Source: a virus (taxonomy: Duplodnaviria > Caudoviricetes). Taken from it: 53,419 bases of DNA. The translations under genes and the position numbers were made by a program. The notes under the pieces were generated by a model, which ran no database searches, was not told where the DNA came from, and saw nothing but the letters and a program-made list of their open reading frames with translations. The stretch covers positions 1 to 53,419 of IMG/VR virus record IMGVR_UViG_3300050501_000354. One strand, written 5' to 3'. Of the stretch, positions 25,974-35,994 are shown in pieces; the stretch's first letter is position 1, and each line of letters begins with the position of its first letter.

Positions 25974-27782
25974 CTATACCTCCGGCAAAATAGCCTGCGC
26001 CGCGCCCAGCACCCGCACGCCGCACTGAACAAAGCCGCTGGAACCCACGCCGCCGCCTGCCCCATAACCGGGCACGCGATTGCCCGGCCCGAACGGGTCG
26101 AAGGTGGCGCGGAAGCGAAAGAGGTATTCCTGCCCCAGTCCACCGGCCCGCACGATCTCGGTGATGTCCAAGCTCTGGTCAATCTGCGCGTTCACTGAGG
26201 GCGTTCCAAATGGTTCGATGAGTGTGGGGTTCCACGGGCCACCGAATTGCTCGCTGACCTCCACGTCGTTGATGAAGAGCCGCAGCCCTCTCGGATACTG
26301 GTCGCTGTCGCTGATGTTATAGTAATAATCGGTCGAAGTGCCCACCGACCCGAACAATGCGCTGACGCCGACCGGCGTGGAGAGTGGGAAGGTGCGAAAC
26401 ACCAGCAGCACCTTCGTAATGTCGGTCAGCAGCGTCTGGGGGCGGAAGACAAAATTCGCGTCGCGCCCGGTATTGCCGATATGGCACTCGACCGTATCCG
26501 TCCAGGTGTCGGTGTAGAACATCGGGAAGGTGGCAATCGTCAGGTTGCGCACCTCAATCGCCTCCAGCCCCTCGATGATCGCGCCCACTGCGTCTTTGGC
26601 TACCCGGTCTACCAGCGACACGGCCAGGTCGAACGACTGGCCGCCGTCCGCGACCCGCTCCGTCACCTCCAGCACCCAGAACAGGTCGTCCACGTCCAGC
26701 ACGTCCACCGCCACCCCATCGGCGAACACCTCGCCCTTATACACGATGCGCACCTTATCGCCGGCGTTGAGTCGCTGCTGGCACTTCACCCCGCTTACCT
26801 TATAGGTCTTCTGTGATTGGCTGGCGCGCCGGAGGAAGGCGACTGCCGCGTCGTAGAGCGCGTTGGCCGCCAACACTTTGGCGCTGCCGGAGTTGGAGAT
26901 GGGGCCGATCTGTTTGAACGTCACCGGCTTCTCGATGACCCCGTAGCGATCCATGCTCTCCTGGTCTTCCAGGTAGTAGACGGTCGAGCCGTCGGCGTCG
27001 AGGAGCGAGTGGATTTCGTAGGTGCCGTCGCGCGTGCTGTCGCGCAGCGTCAAGGCCGCCTGTCCCTCCCCCGCCCCCAGCGGAAAAACGCGGTTGATCA
27101 CCTCGCGCGTGCTCTCACCTTCCTTGATGTGGTCAATGAAGATCAGGTCTCTCTGCGCGTGGGCTTCCCGTGTGAGGTTTTCGATGTTGGTGATGACGAG
27201 GGACGACACCGCGCCGAACTCGCCGAGCTCGACTGTGTTGGGTTGCGTCGGGTGTTCGCGCAGGTGCAGCCCGCGTTCGGCGGCCAGGCGGAGTAAGCAT
27301 TTTAAGACCGACGCTCCCGCGAAGCGCGCGCTCTGCAACAGGCTGGCGTACTGCGCTTCCACCACCACGCTCCAGCCCGGCACGAGCGCGATCAGGTCGC
27401 TGGCGATGAAGGCCAGCGTCTGGTTGGCATACTGGCGGTTGAGGCGCACGCTACGCCGCGTGAGGGCGTCCAGCGAGTCCGGCCCACTCCACGTGAGGCT
27501 CGCCCCGCCTTCGGCCACGTCCACGCCCTTCTCGCGGATCACGCCTCGCCCCAGTTCGCGCAGTTCCTCGCCCTGCGGCGTCTCCTCCTCGACCGGGATG
27601 CGCACCCGCCGCTCATTTTGCAGCAGTTCGCGCGCGCGTCTATCTGTGGCCGGGAAGGTGAGCGCGATTGTGCCCGCGCCGTCGAGCTTGCGCGCGGCCT
27701 TCGCCTCCTGGCATGTCGTCAGCGGCCCCTCGCCCAGCCGGAAGACGCCCGTCGCGTCGTATACGTCCACCAGGATTCTCAT
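25974..27782 (-). CDS. Tail tip hub (Tal-like) protein
   Basis: 602 aa; INRVFPLGAGEG, SMDRYGVIEK, GDKVRIVY patterns of siphophage tail hubs. Confidence 0.75.
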   Translation of the reverse strand: MRILVDVYDATGVFRLGEGPLTTCQEAKAARKLDGAGTIALTFPATDRRARELLQNERRVRIPVEEETPQGEELRELGRGVIREKGVDVAEGGASLTWSGPDSLDALTRRSVRLNRQYANQTLAFIASDLIALVPGWSVVVEAQYASLLQSARFAGASVLKCLLRLAAERGLHLREHPTQPNTVELGEFGAVSSLVITNIENLTREAHAQRDLIFIDHIKEGESTREVINRVFPLGAGEGQAALTLRDSTRDGTYEIHSLLDADGSTVYYLEDQESMDRYGVIEKPVTFKQIGPISNSGSAKVLAANALYDAAVAFLRRASQSQKTYKVSGVKCQQRLNAGDKVRIVYKGEVFADGVAVDVLDVDDLFWVLEVTERVADGGQSFDLAVSLVDRVAKDAVGAIIEGLEAIEVRNLTIATFPMFYTDTWTDTVECHIGNTGRDANFVFRPQTLLTDITKVLLVFRTFPLSTPVGVSALFGSVGTSTDYYYNISDSDQYPRGLRLFINDVEVSEQFGGPWNPTLIEPFGTPSVNAQIDQSLDITEIVRAGGLGQEYLFRFRATFDPFGPGNRVPGYGAGGGVGSSGFVQCGVRVLGAAQAILPEV

Positions 27783-29293
27783 TGGCTCACGATGCTCATG
27801 CGGCCAAAGTTCAACACGCGGATGGAGGCGGCCTGCGGGATGACGCGCACGCAGGCGCCCAGGTCGGTGGCGGCAGCGGGTAAATTGGTGGAAAGCTGCG
27901 TTTCCGTCGGCCAGGCGGCGGCAAAGCTCGTCTTCACCGTGAAGTAGGCGATCCCCGCCGCCGTGTCCAGCCGCAGCTTCAGCAGGTACAGGGTGTTGGC
28001 CGCCACCGTCCCAATGGCCGCTCCCGTGTTCTGGGTCGTGCTGTCTTTCACCACCGGACGCCAGCCGGCGTCGCCCGCCACCGTCGAGAAGCGGAAACCC
28101 GCCACCTCAGTCGCCCCGGCTATCGTGTCCACGTCGGTAATGGCCGCGCTGGTTAAGAGCGGCCAGTAGCGAACGCTGGTGATCGGGTCGGGTGTGGCCG
28201 GCGTCTTCACCAGCCATACCACCTCCGGGTTGTGCTGGCGGCGCGTCAGGTTGAAGGTCGTCGAGATGAACCCGGCCAGGTTGCCGGCGGCTGCTGTCGA
28301 GGGCAGCGTGATGAATACGCTGTCGGCGTCGTTCGCGTTGGCGGGCGTATTGGCAATGGTGGGCGTGGCGCAGCCGGTGGGCTGGAGCGTGGCCGCCGCC
28401 GCCTGCACCAGGATGATGTTGGACGCTTCGAAGGCGGGCAGAACAGAGAGGCGGTAGCCGTTGCTCACGCCGTCGTCTGCTATCGCGCGGTCGGGGACAC
28501 GCAGCAAAGTCGAGCCAAAGAGCGTGCTCGACAGCGGCGTGCGCAGGATGACAGCCTGCTGCTCCTCGGCCCAGTTCGTGCCGTCGTAGCGCAGCGTGAT
28601 CGGTGCGGTCGTCTCCAGCTTGCGGGTGGACGAGCCGACCAGCCGGATGTTGCCGGCTGCCGTCAGGCGCACCACCCGTGCCGTGTTCACCGAGCACAGT
28701 TCCAGGTAGTCGCCCTCCACGCCGCCGCTGATGGTGTCCAGGTCGTCGGAGGCCGCCGCCGCTTCGGTGTCAATGAGGTGGCGCGGCAGCGAGCGTGTGA
28801 CCGCACCGCCGGCAATCGTGAGCGTGGTGTCCGCCCCCAGGTTCTGGTTGTTGACCAGCACGGCGATCCAGTTCGTCCCGTCATGCTGGAGCTCGGCATA
28901 CATATTCGTGTTGTTCAGCGAGATGCTGTTGCCGTCGCGGGTGCGGATGTTGCCCGTGCCGCCGCCGTTGTGCCGCAGCACCACCACCCGCGCGTTGGCG
29001 GTGTTGCGGATGCGCATGATACGCCCGACTGCGCCGTTGTTAATCGTATCCAGGTCGTCCGAGGCCGCCGCCGCTTCGGTGTCCACCACCACGTGCGTCT
29101 TGGTCGGGGAGATCACACCGCTGGCAATCGTGAGCGCCTCGGCCACGCCAAACGAGAGGCGATCAAACGCCTGAATGCCGTTGAGCGTGTGCTCCAGGTG
29201 CAGTTTGAGGTCGGCGATTGGCCCCAGCACGTCGTTGGCGTCAATGTTTTGCGTGTCGACGATTGCGGAGGTGTCTACTGCCAGTGTGACCAT
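27779..29293 (-). CDS. Tail fibre with repeated DTEAAAASDDLDTI modules
   Basis: Internal repeats; N-terminus shared with 30425-30901. Confidence 0.75.
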   Translation of the reverse strand: MVTLAVDTSAIVDTQNIDANDVLGPIADLKLHLEHTLNGIQAFDRLSFGVAEALTIASGVISPTKTHVVVDTEAAAASDDLDTINNGAVGRIMRIRNTANARVVVLRHNGGGTGNIRTRDGNSISLNNTNMYAELQHDGTNWIAVLVNNQNLGADTTLTIAGGAVTRSLPRHLIDTEAAAASDDLDTISGGVEGDYLELCSVNTARVVRLTAAGNIRLVGSSTRKLETTAPITLRYDGTNWAEEQQAVILRTPLSSTLFGSTLLRVPDRAIADDGVSNGYRLSVLPAFEASNIILVQAAAATLQPTGCATPTIANTPANANDADSVFITLPSTAAAGNLAGFISTTFNLTRRQHNPEVVWLVKTPATPDPITSVRYWPLLTSAAITDVDTIAGATEVAGFRFSTVAGDAGWRPVVKDSTTQNTGAAIGTVAANTLYLLKLRLDTAAGIAYFTVKTSFAAAWPTETQLSTNLPAAATDLGACVRVIPQAASIRVLNFGRMSIVSQ

Positions 29294-29301
29294 TTACGCT
29301 C

Positions 29302-30054
29302 CTACGCCACCATGCCAGGCACGCGGCTGCGTCGTTTGCCCACCCGCCCGTGACCCCGTCCCAGCGCGACAGGCGATGGGCGACCATCGAAGGGGTAGGT
29401 GCGCCCCATCCCGCTGTTATAGAGCCAGGCGCGCTCCTGCGTGGTCAGGATGCGTTTCCAGAAAGCCACCTCGCATAACCGCCCATCCAAGAAACTGGCC
29501 CCGTTGGCACTTGCACCCAGGTTCAAATCGGCGGTGGAGGTAATGAATGCTCCGGCGGTGGCCGCGCTGTCCACGCCCGTCATGTTGACCTCAATATTGA
29601 TCGTATCGGCCACCGAGTCGTGCCAACCCGTGACGAAGTACCAGGTCGCCGTCGCGGGCGCGCCCAGGGTATCTGCACTCACCGTCACAATCGTCGGGCC
29701 GCTTCGGAAGCCGATGGCCTGGAAACGAGTGCCGCCCCATCGCAGTGCATATTCGCGCTGTGTCGAGCCGTTGTCCTTCCCGACCAGGTACATCGCCGTG
29801 CCCGGCAAGGTGTCGTGATAGACCCAGCACGCCAACGTCCATTCAATATCGCCCGTTTGCAGCGCGCTGTCCGAGGTTGCCACCAGTCGCTCGCTGCTGG
29901 TCGCCGTGAACTGTCCGGCATACACCGCTCGGCCCTGCGCCTGCGTCACCGTATTGGTATCGGTGAGCGCGTGCTGCGCCAGCGCACTCTCACGGTTGCC
30001 GCTTGCCTCGTGCAGCGGCCAGTAATCAATCAGGGACGACAGTAGACTTCTCAC
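29302..30054 (-). CDS. LamG/concanavalin-like domain tail protein
   Basis: YWPLHEASG, WTLACWV, WYFVTG, LDGRLCEVAFWKRILT. Confidence 0.85.
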   Translation of the reverse strand: MRSLLSSLIDYWPLHEASGNRESALAQHALTDTNTVTQAQGRAVYAGQFTATSSERLVATSDSALQTGDIEWTLACWVYHDTLPGTAMYLVGKDNGSTQREYALRWGGTRFQAIGFRSGPTIVTVSADTLGAPATATWYFVTGWHDSVADTINIEVNMTGVDSAATAGAFITSTADLNLGASANGASFLDGRLCEVAFWKRILTTQERAWLYNSGMGRTYPFDGRPSPVALGRGHGRVGKRRSRVPGMVA

Positions 30055-30413
30055 GTGGCCGACATCCGGTTCACATAGCCGCCGATCATGACCACATTGC
30101 CCGTCGCCGCGAACGCGCGCACGACCAGGCTGTTCTGCAAAATCAACCCTGGCACGACCAGCACCAGCCCCGACTCGGCGGGAATGGTGATTTCAATCAG
30201 GTCGTCGGGTGACGTCGTGCCGCCGAACTCAATGGTCAGCTTGCGGTTGACCGTATCGGAGTTGACGGCATACAGCCAGATTTCGTCGTAGTTGTCCGCA
30301 CCTGTGGCCGCCTGCGCCGTGTGGATGAGCGTGCCCGCCGACGCCGTTTGCACCACCTTAATCATGCGCCCATCGGTGGAGCCGGAGAGTTCGATTTTGC
30401 TAAAGGTTGCCAT
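30051..30413 (-). CDS. Putative tail fibre-associated protein
   Basis: Beta-rich 120-aa ORF between fibre genes. Confidence 0.65.
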   Translation of the reverse strand: MATFSKIELSGSTDGRMIKVVQTASAGTLIHTAQAATGADNYDEIWLYAVNSDTVNRKLTIEFGGTTSPDDLIEITIPAESGLVLVVPGLILQNSLVVRAFAATGNVVMIGGYVNRMSAT

Positions 30414-30424
30414 ACGGTCGCTTT

Positions 30425-30901
30425 CTAGCTAAACACCTGAATCTGCAAAATATCCGGCTGCGACACCGCCCCGCCGCCGTCGCCCAGCACGCACCACTGC
30501 GACCCCAGGCAGAAGGCAATCGCGATCTTGTTGCCCGTCAGCGTCAGGTTCTGCGCCGACCAGGTGGTGATGTTGCCCGTGCCGTGCTTGATCGTGATGG
30601 TGTCGCCCGCGTCCGCCTTGAGGATCACGAGCCGGTGGTTCTGCGCCGTAATGGTGGCGAGGTCGTCTGCCGTTCCCGTCTCCGCCGCCACCGTGTGCAC
30701 GAGCTGCGTGGGCGTGATCGTGTCGGTGGCGAGTGTGAGGATGGTCGGCGCGACAAACAGCAGCCGCTCAATCGCCTGCACGCCGTTGATCGTGTTCTCC
30801 AGGTGCGCTTTCAGGTCGGCAATCGCCACCAGCACGTCGTTGGCGTCAATGTTTTGGGTGTCGACGAGTGCGGTGGTATCCACCGCCAGGGTAATCGTCA
30901 T
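30425..30901 (-). CDS. Short tail fibre/adaptor, paralog of 27779-29293 N-terminus
   Basis: VDTQNIDANDVL...ADLK.HLE shared. Confidence 0.7.
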   Translation of the reverse strand: MTITLAVDTTALVDTQNIDANDVLVAIADLKAHLENTINGVQAIERLLFVAPTILTLATDTITPTQLVHTVAAETGTADDLATITAQNHRLVILKADAGDTITIKHGTGNITTWSAQNLTLTGNKIAIAFCLGSQWCVLGDGGGAVSQPDILQIQVFS

Positions 30902-31776
30902 ACGTACCGCTCCGGGTACTGCACGCGCACCACTGCCTCATCCGTTGTGTTGGCGAACAGCACCTTGAGCGAGTTCGACCCTGGCAGCAGCCGCAGCCAG
31001 CTCGCGTTGCGCGCCTGGAAGTTCGTGCCATAGGCTCTGGCCCCGTTCAGCCACACGCCCAACCGCTTCGCGTCAATGAACAGGTAATCAAGCGCAGCCA
31101 GCGTCCCGTTGTAATGCACCTCGTCCACCACCGTCCCGTTCACCATGCGCCGCACAATGGGGTCGGTGGCGCTCTTGCCGGCAGAGGGGCGGATGGAGAC
31201 CGTCGGCAGCGTGAAGGCGTTGCCGTTGTTGGTGAGCGCAATCGTGGCGCTGCCCGTCACCGTCGTGCCCGTCCCGCCGCCCCACTTAGAGGTGCCGTCG
31301 CCCCACTTCACCGCCGCCCCCTGCCCCCACACGATGCCGTTCCCCTTCGTGTACCAGAAGGGGTCGGCAGCCTGCCAGGTAATGGTGGCGCTCTGGTGTA
31401 AATCCGAGTGCATGTGCACCATGTCGCTCATGGTGATGTTGTTGAGGCGCGCCCTCGTCCAGCGCTCGGCGAGGCCCGTGTCGGTGGGCTGCATGTACAA
31501 GACCCCCACGCCCCAGTCGGCCATCTTCTTGAGGAGGTCGCGCTTGGGGTGCATTCCCTCGCGTGTCTCGGACACCAGGTGCATTTGCTGGCGAACCGTG
31601 CCGATCTCGGAGAGCGAGCGAGCGCTGCCCAGTTGGTCGAAGCCGCCGTGCGCGAACGGCAGCCGCGTGGTGCGCGTCACCAGTTCGGCGAAGTTGTCGC
31701 TGTACGTCTCCAGGATCACGTCGCTGGCTGTGAAGTCGTAGGTATTGCCAGCCGCCACAAAGCGCTTGAGGGGCAT
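30898..31776 (-). CDS. Distal tail protein (Dit)
   Basis: Follows tape measure; AADPFWY, NNGNAFTLP, LLPGSNSL motifs. Confidence 0.8.
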   Translation of the reverse strand: MPLKRFVAAGNTYDFTASDVILETYSDNFAELVTRTTRLPFAHGGFDQLGSARSLSEIGTVRQQMHLVSETREGMHPKRDLLKKMADWGVGVLYMQPTDTGLAERWTRARLNNITMSDMVHMHSDLHQSATITWQAADPFWYTKGNGIVWGQGAAVKWGDGTSKWGGGTGTTVTGSATIALTNNGNAFTLPTVSIRPSAGKSATDPIVRRMVNGTVVDEVHYNGTLAALDYLFIDAKRLGVWLNGARAYGTNFQARNASWLRLLPGSNSLKVLFANTTDEAVVRVQYPERYV

Positions 31777-34055
31777 CAGCCGTTCCCCCGTGCGTAGTAG
31801 CGTTCCATAAACTCCGCTTCGAAGCCGCGTGCCGCCGCCCGCCCCTCCGCCTCGCTGTTGGCGTGGATGGTCAAATTCTCGATATTGATGCCGCCGCCCT
31901 TGCCGCCTGCGCCACGCTGGTTCTCCGCCGCCGTCAGCACCCGCTCGCCCGGATCGAGCACCGCCAGCATCCGGCTCGGCACGAAGTCAATCCCGCTCGC
32001 AAAGGTAGGGATGCCCGCGTTCGCCAGAAACTCGCCGCTGCCTGCCGGGACGCCTGCCGCTGCCTGCTGGTTCAGACCCAGCAGCTCGCGCACGCTCTGG
32101 ATGGCATCGCCCACCAGCGAGATCAACCGGTTGACAAAATCAATCACTGGCTGGATGAAGTTGCGCCCGATCCACTGGAAGCTGTCGCGGAACCAGTTGA
32201 GGAGCGCGGTCACGTGCGGCCTGACCGCATTCCAGATGCCCACCAGGATATCCACCAGCGTCTGGATGATCGGCACCACCACGTCCTCGATAAAGTGCGT
32301 GACGAGCGGCAGACCGGTTTCGGTGAACCAGGTGAACAGGTCGCCGAGCGCTGGCCCCACCACTTCCCAGATGGTCATCAGGATGTCAATCACGGTTTCG
32401 ATCACCGGGCGCAGCACCGTGTCCCAGACGTTGGTGATGAGCGGCAGCCCGTCGGTCACCACCCAGTCGAACAGGTTTTGCAACCCCGGCTGCACGCGCG
32501 TCCAGATTTCGCCCAGGATGCCGATAAAGCGGTCAATGGCGGGCATCACCACCTCTTCGACGAAGGCGCGCACGCGCGGCAGGGCGCTGGTGATGAACCA
32601 GTCGTAAATGGCCGCCAGGCCGGGCTGAATGGTGGCCCAGGCGCTGCCCAGAATGCCCAGCAGGCGCTCGATGATGGGCTGCACCACGTCGCGGATGCCG
32701 CCGAAGTTGGTCATCCAGGCCACCCCCAGCGCCGCCACCCCGGCGATCAGCAGGCCAATAGGCGAGAGGATGAAGCCGATCACCGTGCCAATCGCCCCCA
32801 ACGCCGTGCCCACCACGATCAGCACTGGCCCGGCGATGGCGAGCGCTCCGGCGACGAGCGCAATCTGCCCCGCCAGTTCCGGGTTGGCGTTCACCCAGTC
32901 GGTGACGCCGTTCACCACCTCGATCACCTGTTCCACCAGCGGCTGGAGCACGTTCTCCATGAGGGGGGTGAGCGCCTCGATCATCAGCGTCTCTACCGAC
33001 CCCTTGAGGCTTTCCATTCGCCCGCTGAAGGTGTCCATGCGGGCGGCAGCCACGTCGGAGGCGCTGGCCGACTCATCCATCCGCGTCTGCATCTCCTCCA
33101 TCGAGATGCCTGCCGTCAACGCAGAGAGGCCCATCTGCCCGAACGCCCCGCCGAGATCCGCCAGGGTGCGGGTGCGCTCCTGGTCGCTCATGCCCGCCAT
33201 CGCAACCGACAACTCGCGCATCACATCTTGCAAGGGGCGCGCGCGCCCCTGCACGTCGAACATCGAGATGCCCAGCCGCCGCCACGTGCCCTGCACCTTA
33301 TCGGTGTCGCTCGTCATGTTGCGCAGCATCGAGCGCAACTGCGTGCCCGCCTCGGCGCCTTTGATGCCGTTCTCGCTGAAGATGGCGAGGATGGAGGCGG
33401 TCTCGTCCACGCTGAGGCCAAATTCGGCAGCGATGGGCCCGATGTTGGCGAAGCCCTGCCCCAGCCCGGCCATATCGGCGCTCGACGCCCCGGCAGCACG
33501 GGCGAGGGCGTCCACCACCATGCCCGCGTCCTCCACCCCGAGGTGGAAGGCGGCCATAATGTCCGTCACCACGTCCGCCGTTCTGCCCAGGTCTTCGCCG
33601 GAAGCGGCGGCGGCGTCAAGCACCGCCGGCAGCGTGGCGATCGCCTCCTCCGCCGTCTGCCCCGATGCGAGCAGTTGCAGGAAGGCTTCGGCGGCCTGCT
33701 GGGCAGAGAATGACGTTTGAGCACCCATCTCCAGCGCCAAATCCTTAATGCGCTCAAGGTCGGCGCCAGTCGTGCCCGTGCGCGCGGAAATCTCCGCCAT
33801 GGCGCTCTCGAAGTCGGCGGCGACGGTTATCCCGGCCACGCCGAAGGCCATGATGGGTGCAGTGAGGACGGTGAGCTGCGATCCCAGCCCGGCCATCTGC
33901 TGGCCGACGCGCGCGATCCCGTCGCCGATGCCCGCCAGGCCGCCGGAGAAAATCCCCTGCGCCTGCGACATGGCCGACCCCACGCCGGAAGCGTCAATGA
34001 TGACGCGCCCGTGCGCGGTGCCCAGATCAAACCCGCCCCCGCCGCCAAAAACCAC
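31776..34055 (-). CDS. Tape measure protein (TP901-like core)
   Basis: ADFESAM, TSFSAQQAAEA, GIKGAEAGTQLR; W/F-periodic helical repeats. Confidence 0.93.
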   Translation of the reverse strand: MVFGGGGGFDLGTAHGRVIIDASGVGSAMSQAQGIFSGGLAGIGDGIARVGQQMAGLGSQLTVLTAPIMAFGVAGITVAADFESAMAEISARTGTTGADLERIKDLALEMGAQTSFSAQQAAEAFLQLLASGQTAEEAIATLPAVLDAAAASGEDLGRTADVVTDIMAAFHLGVEDAGMVVDALARAAGASSADMAGLGQGFANIGPIAAEFGLSVDETASILAIFSENGIKGAEAGTQLRSMLRNMTSDTDKVQGTWRRLGISMFDVQGRARPLQDVMRELSVAMAGMSDQERTRTLADLGGAFGQMGLSALTAGISMEEMQTRMDESASASDVAAARMDTFSGRMESLKGSVETLMIEALTPLMENVLQPLVEQVIEVVNGVTDWVNANPELAGQIALVAGALAIAGPVLIVVGTALGAIGTVIGFILSPIGLLIAGVAALGVAWMTNFGGIRDVVQPIIERLLGILGSAWATIQPGLAAIYDWFITSALPRVRAFVEEVVMPAIDRFIGILGEIWTRVQPGLQNLFDWVVTDGLPLITNVWDTVLRPVIETVIDILMTIWEVVGPALGDLFTWFTETGLPLVTHFIEDVVVPIIQTLVDILVGIWNAVRPHVTALLNWFRDSFQWIGRNFIQPVIDFVNRLISLVGDAIQSVRELLGLNQQAAAGVPAGSGEFLANAGIPTFASGIDFVPSRMLAVLDPGERVLTAAENQRGAGGKGGGINIENLTIHANSEAEGRAAARGFEAEFMERYYARGNG

Positions 34056-34331
34056 TTACTTGCTCCTCACTCGTATACCCCGCACGCCTGCCAGGTCTGC
34101 CGTCCGGATGGTTGGCCGCTCGCCCAGGCACCACTCCAGGCTGTGGCGGCGCTTGCCCTTATCGTCACGCTCGTCGTACTTGTTCTGCACCGTGCGCCCG
34201 AAGCTGAACACGGCATGATCCACCATGTAAGCGACCCAGGGGTCATCCATCGCCAGCAACTGGCTCGGCCTCGTGTGGAATTCCTGTGCCATCCGCCACA
34301 GCGTCCACGCCCGCCACTTGTCCCGCAGGAA
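34056..34331 (-). CDS. Tail assembly chaperone extension (gpT-like), likely expressed by +1 frameshift
   Basis: Frame is open from TTC at 34331 (FLRDKWRAWTLWRMAQEFHTRPSQLL...). Confidence 0.7.
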   Translation of the reverse strand, partial: FLRDKWRAWTLWRMAQEFHTRPSQLLAMDDPWVAYMVDHAVFSFGRTVQNKYDERDDKGKRRHSLEWCLGERPTIRTADLAGVRGIRVRSK

Positions 34332-34740
34332 ACTGGGCGGCGGCGGCCACCTCCCGCGCCTGCTGGAAACCGTAACTAAAGATGTATTCGCGCTCCTGTG
34401 CGACCAGATCGCCGATCTCGATCTCGTCCTCGTCGTAGTTGGGCGTGTCGCTGATGCGCGGCGAGATCAGCGTGGCGCGGATGATGAGGTTCATGAAGCG
34501 GTTGACCTGCGGCAGGTCTTCGGCGCCGATGTCCCAGCCCGTTGTCGCTTTGCCGTTCTTCCGCCTGCTGCCCGGCTTCAAGCTGTCGAGAAGCTGCTGG
34601 GTGAGCGCTGCCGGCACGTCGCCCTCCGCGTTCGCCATGATGAGCGCGGAGATGTCAGGCCGCCGCAGCAGCACCGTCATACCCCTGCCGGGGAGCTTGT
34701 GTGCTTCGATTTGCTCGTGAAACTGTTGCGCGCGATTCAC
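34243..34740 (-). CDS. Tail assembly chaperone (gpG-like)
   Basis: Lies between major tail and tape measure genes. Confidence 0.8.
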   Translation of the reverse strand: MNRAQQFHEQIEAHKLPGRGMTVLLRRPDISALIMANAEGDVPAALTQQLLDSLKPGSRRKNGKATTGWDIGAEDLPQVNRFMNLIIRATLISPRISDTPNYDEDEIEIGDLVAQEREYIFSYGFQQAREVAAAAQFPAGQVAGVDAVADGTGIPHEAEPVAGDG

Positions 34741-34811
34741 GGTGTCTCCTTATTTTGCCCGCCCGTGCAGCTTTGCTGCGTCCACACCCCGGAGGGGCGG
34801 GCGGGTGCAAA

Positions 34812-35417
34812 TTAATTGGCGGTGAAGAAGGCCAGGAAGTTTGCCCCGGTCGCCGGCGCCGTCCACATGGACGCTTGCTCGTAGCTCTCGATCTGGATCA
34901 GTTCCAGGACGCTCGCCACCGCGATGGGAATGGCATAGCCATCGGTCTCGGACATGTTGAACTTGTTGGCCTTGCCGTCCAGTGTGAACTTGGGGAAGGC
35001 GTCGAGCTTGACGCACTGCAACCCGACGGCCTCCAGCCCGCCGTCGTCGGTGGGCGCTACCCCGATCACGCCGAAGTAGGGCAGCCCGGACCCACCGGCG
35101 CGCACGCGCGTGGTGCGTTTCTGGTTGGGCGTGAGGCCACTGGTGTAGTTGGACATGCCCGTCATGGCGGCAAAGGCGTCAAAGTCTACGCCGCCCGCCC
35201 CCAGCTTCACCTTCGCACCCCTGAGCACCGACAGCAGTGCGCCGGTGACGCCATAAGACGGCAGCTTGTCGTTGTCGGCCTCGGGCTCGATCTCGATCAT
35301 CTGGCCGTCGGCCAGCGCTATCGGCGTCGAGTAGCTGTTCAAGGTTTTGCTATACGCGGCGACGATGCAGTCCGTCAGCGTATAGGCGATCTCTGCGAAT
35401 TCGCGTGTACCCGGCAC
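34812..35417 (-). CDS. Major tail tube protein
   Basis: Synteny, 201 aa, strong AAGGAGG SD. Confidence 0.8.
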   Translation of the reverse strand: MPGTREFAEIAYTLTDCIVAAYSKTLNSYSTPIALADGQMIEIEPEADNDKLPSYGVTGALLSVLRGAKVKLGAGGVDFDAFAAMTGMSNYTSGLTPNQKRTTRVRAGGSGLPYFGVIGVAPTDDGGLEAVGLQCVKLDAFPKFTLDGKANKFNMSETDGYAIPIAVASVLELIQIESYEQASMWTAPATGANFLAFFTAN

Positions 35418-35541
35418 TTAAATGCCTCCTTACTTATGGTGGATGAAACAAAAAAAACGGCGTCGTATCCCCCTTCCGCGAAGGGATACGCGCCGCGCGC
35501 GTGTCTATGGTTATTCTAGCACATAAGTGCTATAGCATCGC

Positions 35542-35994
35542 TCAGTAGCGCCGGGTCACTTCCACGAAATAGCGGCTGGTTCGCATCAGCGCGCCGCCCA
35601 GCTCGTCGGCCACCCCGTCCGGGCCGTCGTCCACGTAGTGGATGAAGCACAGCCGGGCGTCGTCCGCCGTCACCTGCTTCCGGTCCAACACCACCTCGGC
35701 GCGCCGCAACATCTGCTCAATGGTAGCATAGCTTGAGTCGGCATACGCCCACAGTTGGAAGAAGCGCTGCCGCCCGCGCGTGGGGCCGTAGCTGGACATG
35801 GACTTGGACTCGGTGCTCCACGTCAGCACGGCCACTGGCTTGATGCGGATCCCATCGGCCTCTTTCACCGCATTCTTTAAGGTCAGCCCGGTGCGCCCGG
35901 CGGTGTCCCAATCCTTGAGGCCGCCCGTGAGGAGCGCCATCAGCGTGGCGTCAGCGGCCAGGGTGGTGCGAACGATCGTTCTTAAGGTCGCCAC
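35542..35994 (-). CDS. Tail terminator/completion protein
   Basis: LAADATLMALLTGG N-terminus; synteny. Confidence 0.7.
   Translation of the reverse strand: MATLRTIVRTTLAADATLMALLTGGLKDWDTAGRTGLTLKNAVKEADGIRIKPVAVLTWSTESKSMSSYGPTRGRQRFFQLWAYADSSYATIEQMLRRAEVVLDRKQVTADDARLCFIHYVDDGPDGVADELGGALMRTSRYFVEVTRRY

Noticed and set aside
31863-33720. Long plus-strand ORFs opposite late genes (for example 616 aa and 363 aa opposite the tape measure; also 2008-3336 opposite parB)
   Set aside because: Shadow ORFs expected from high-GC codon bias; no motifs or ribosome-binding sites.
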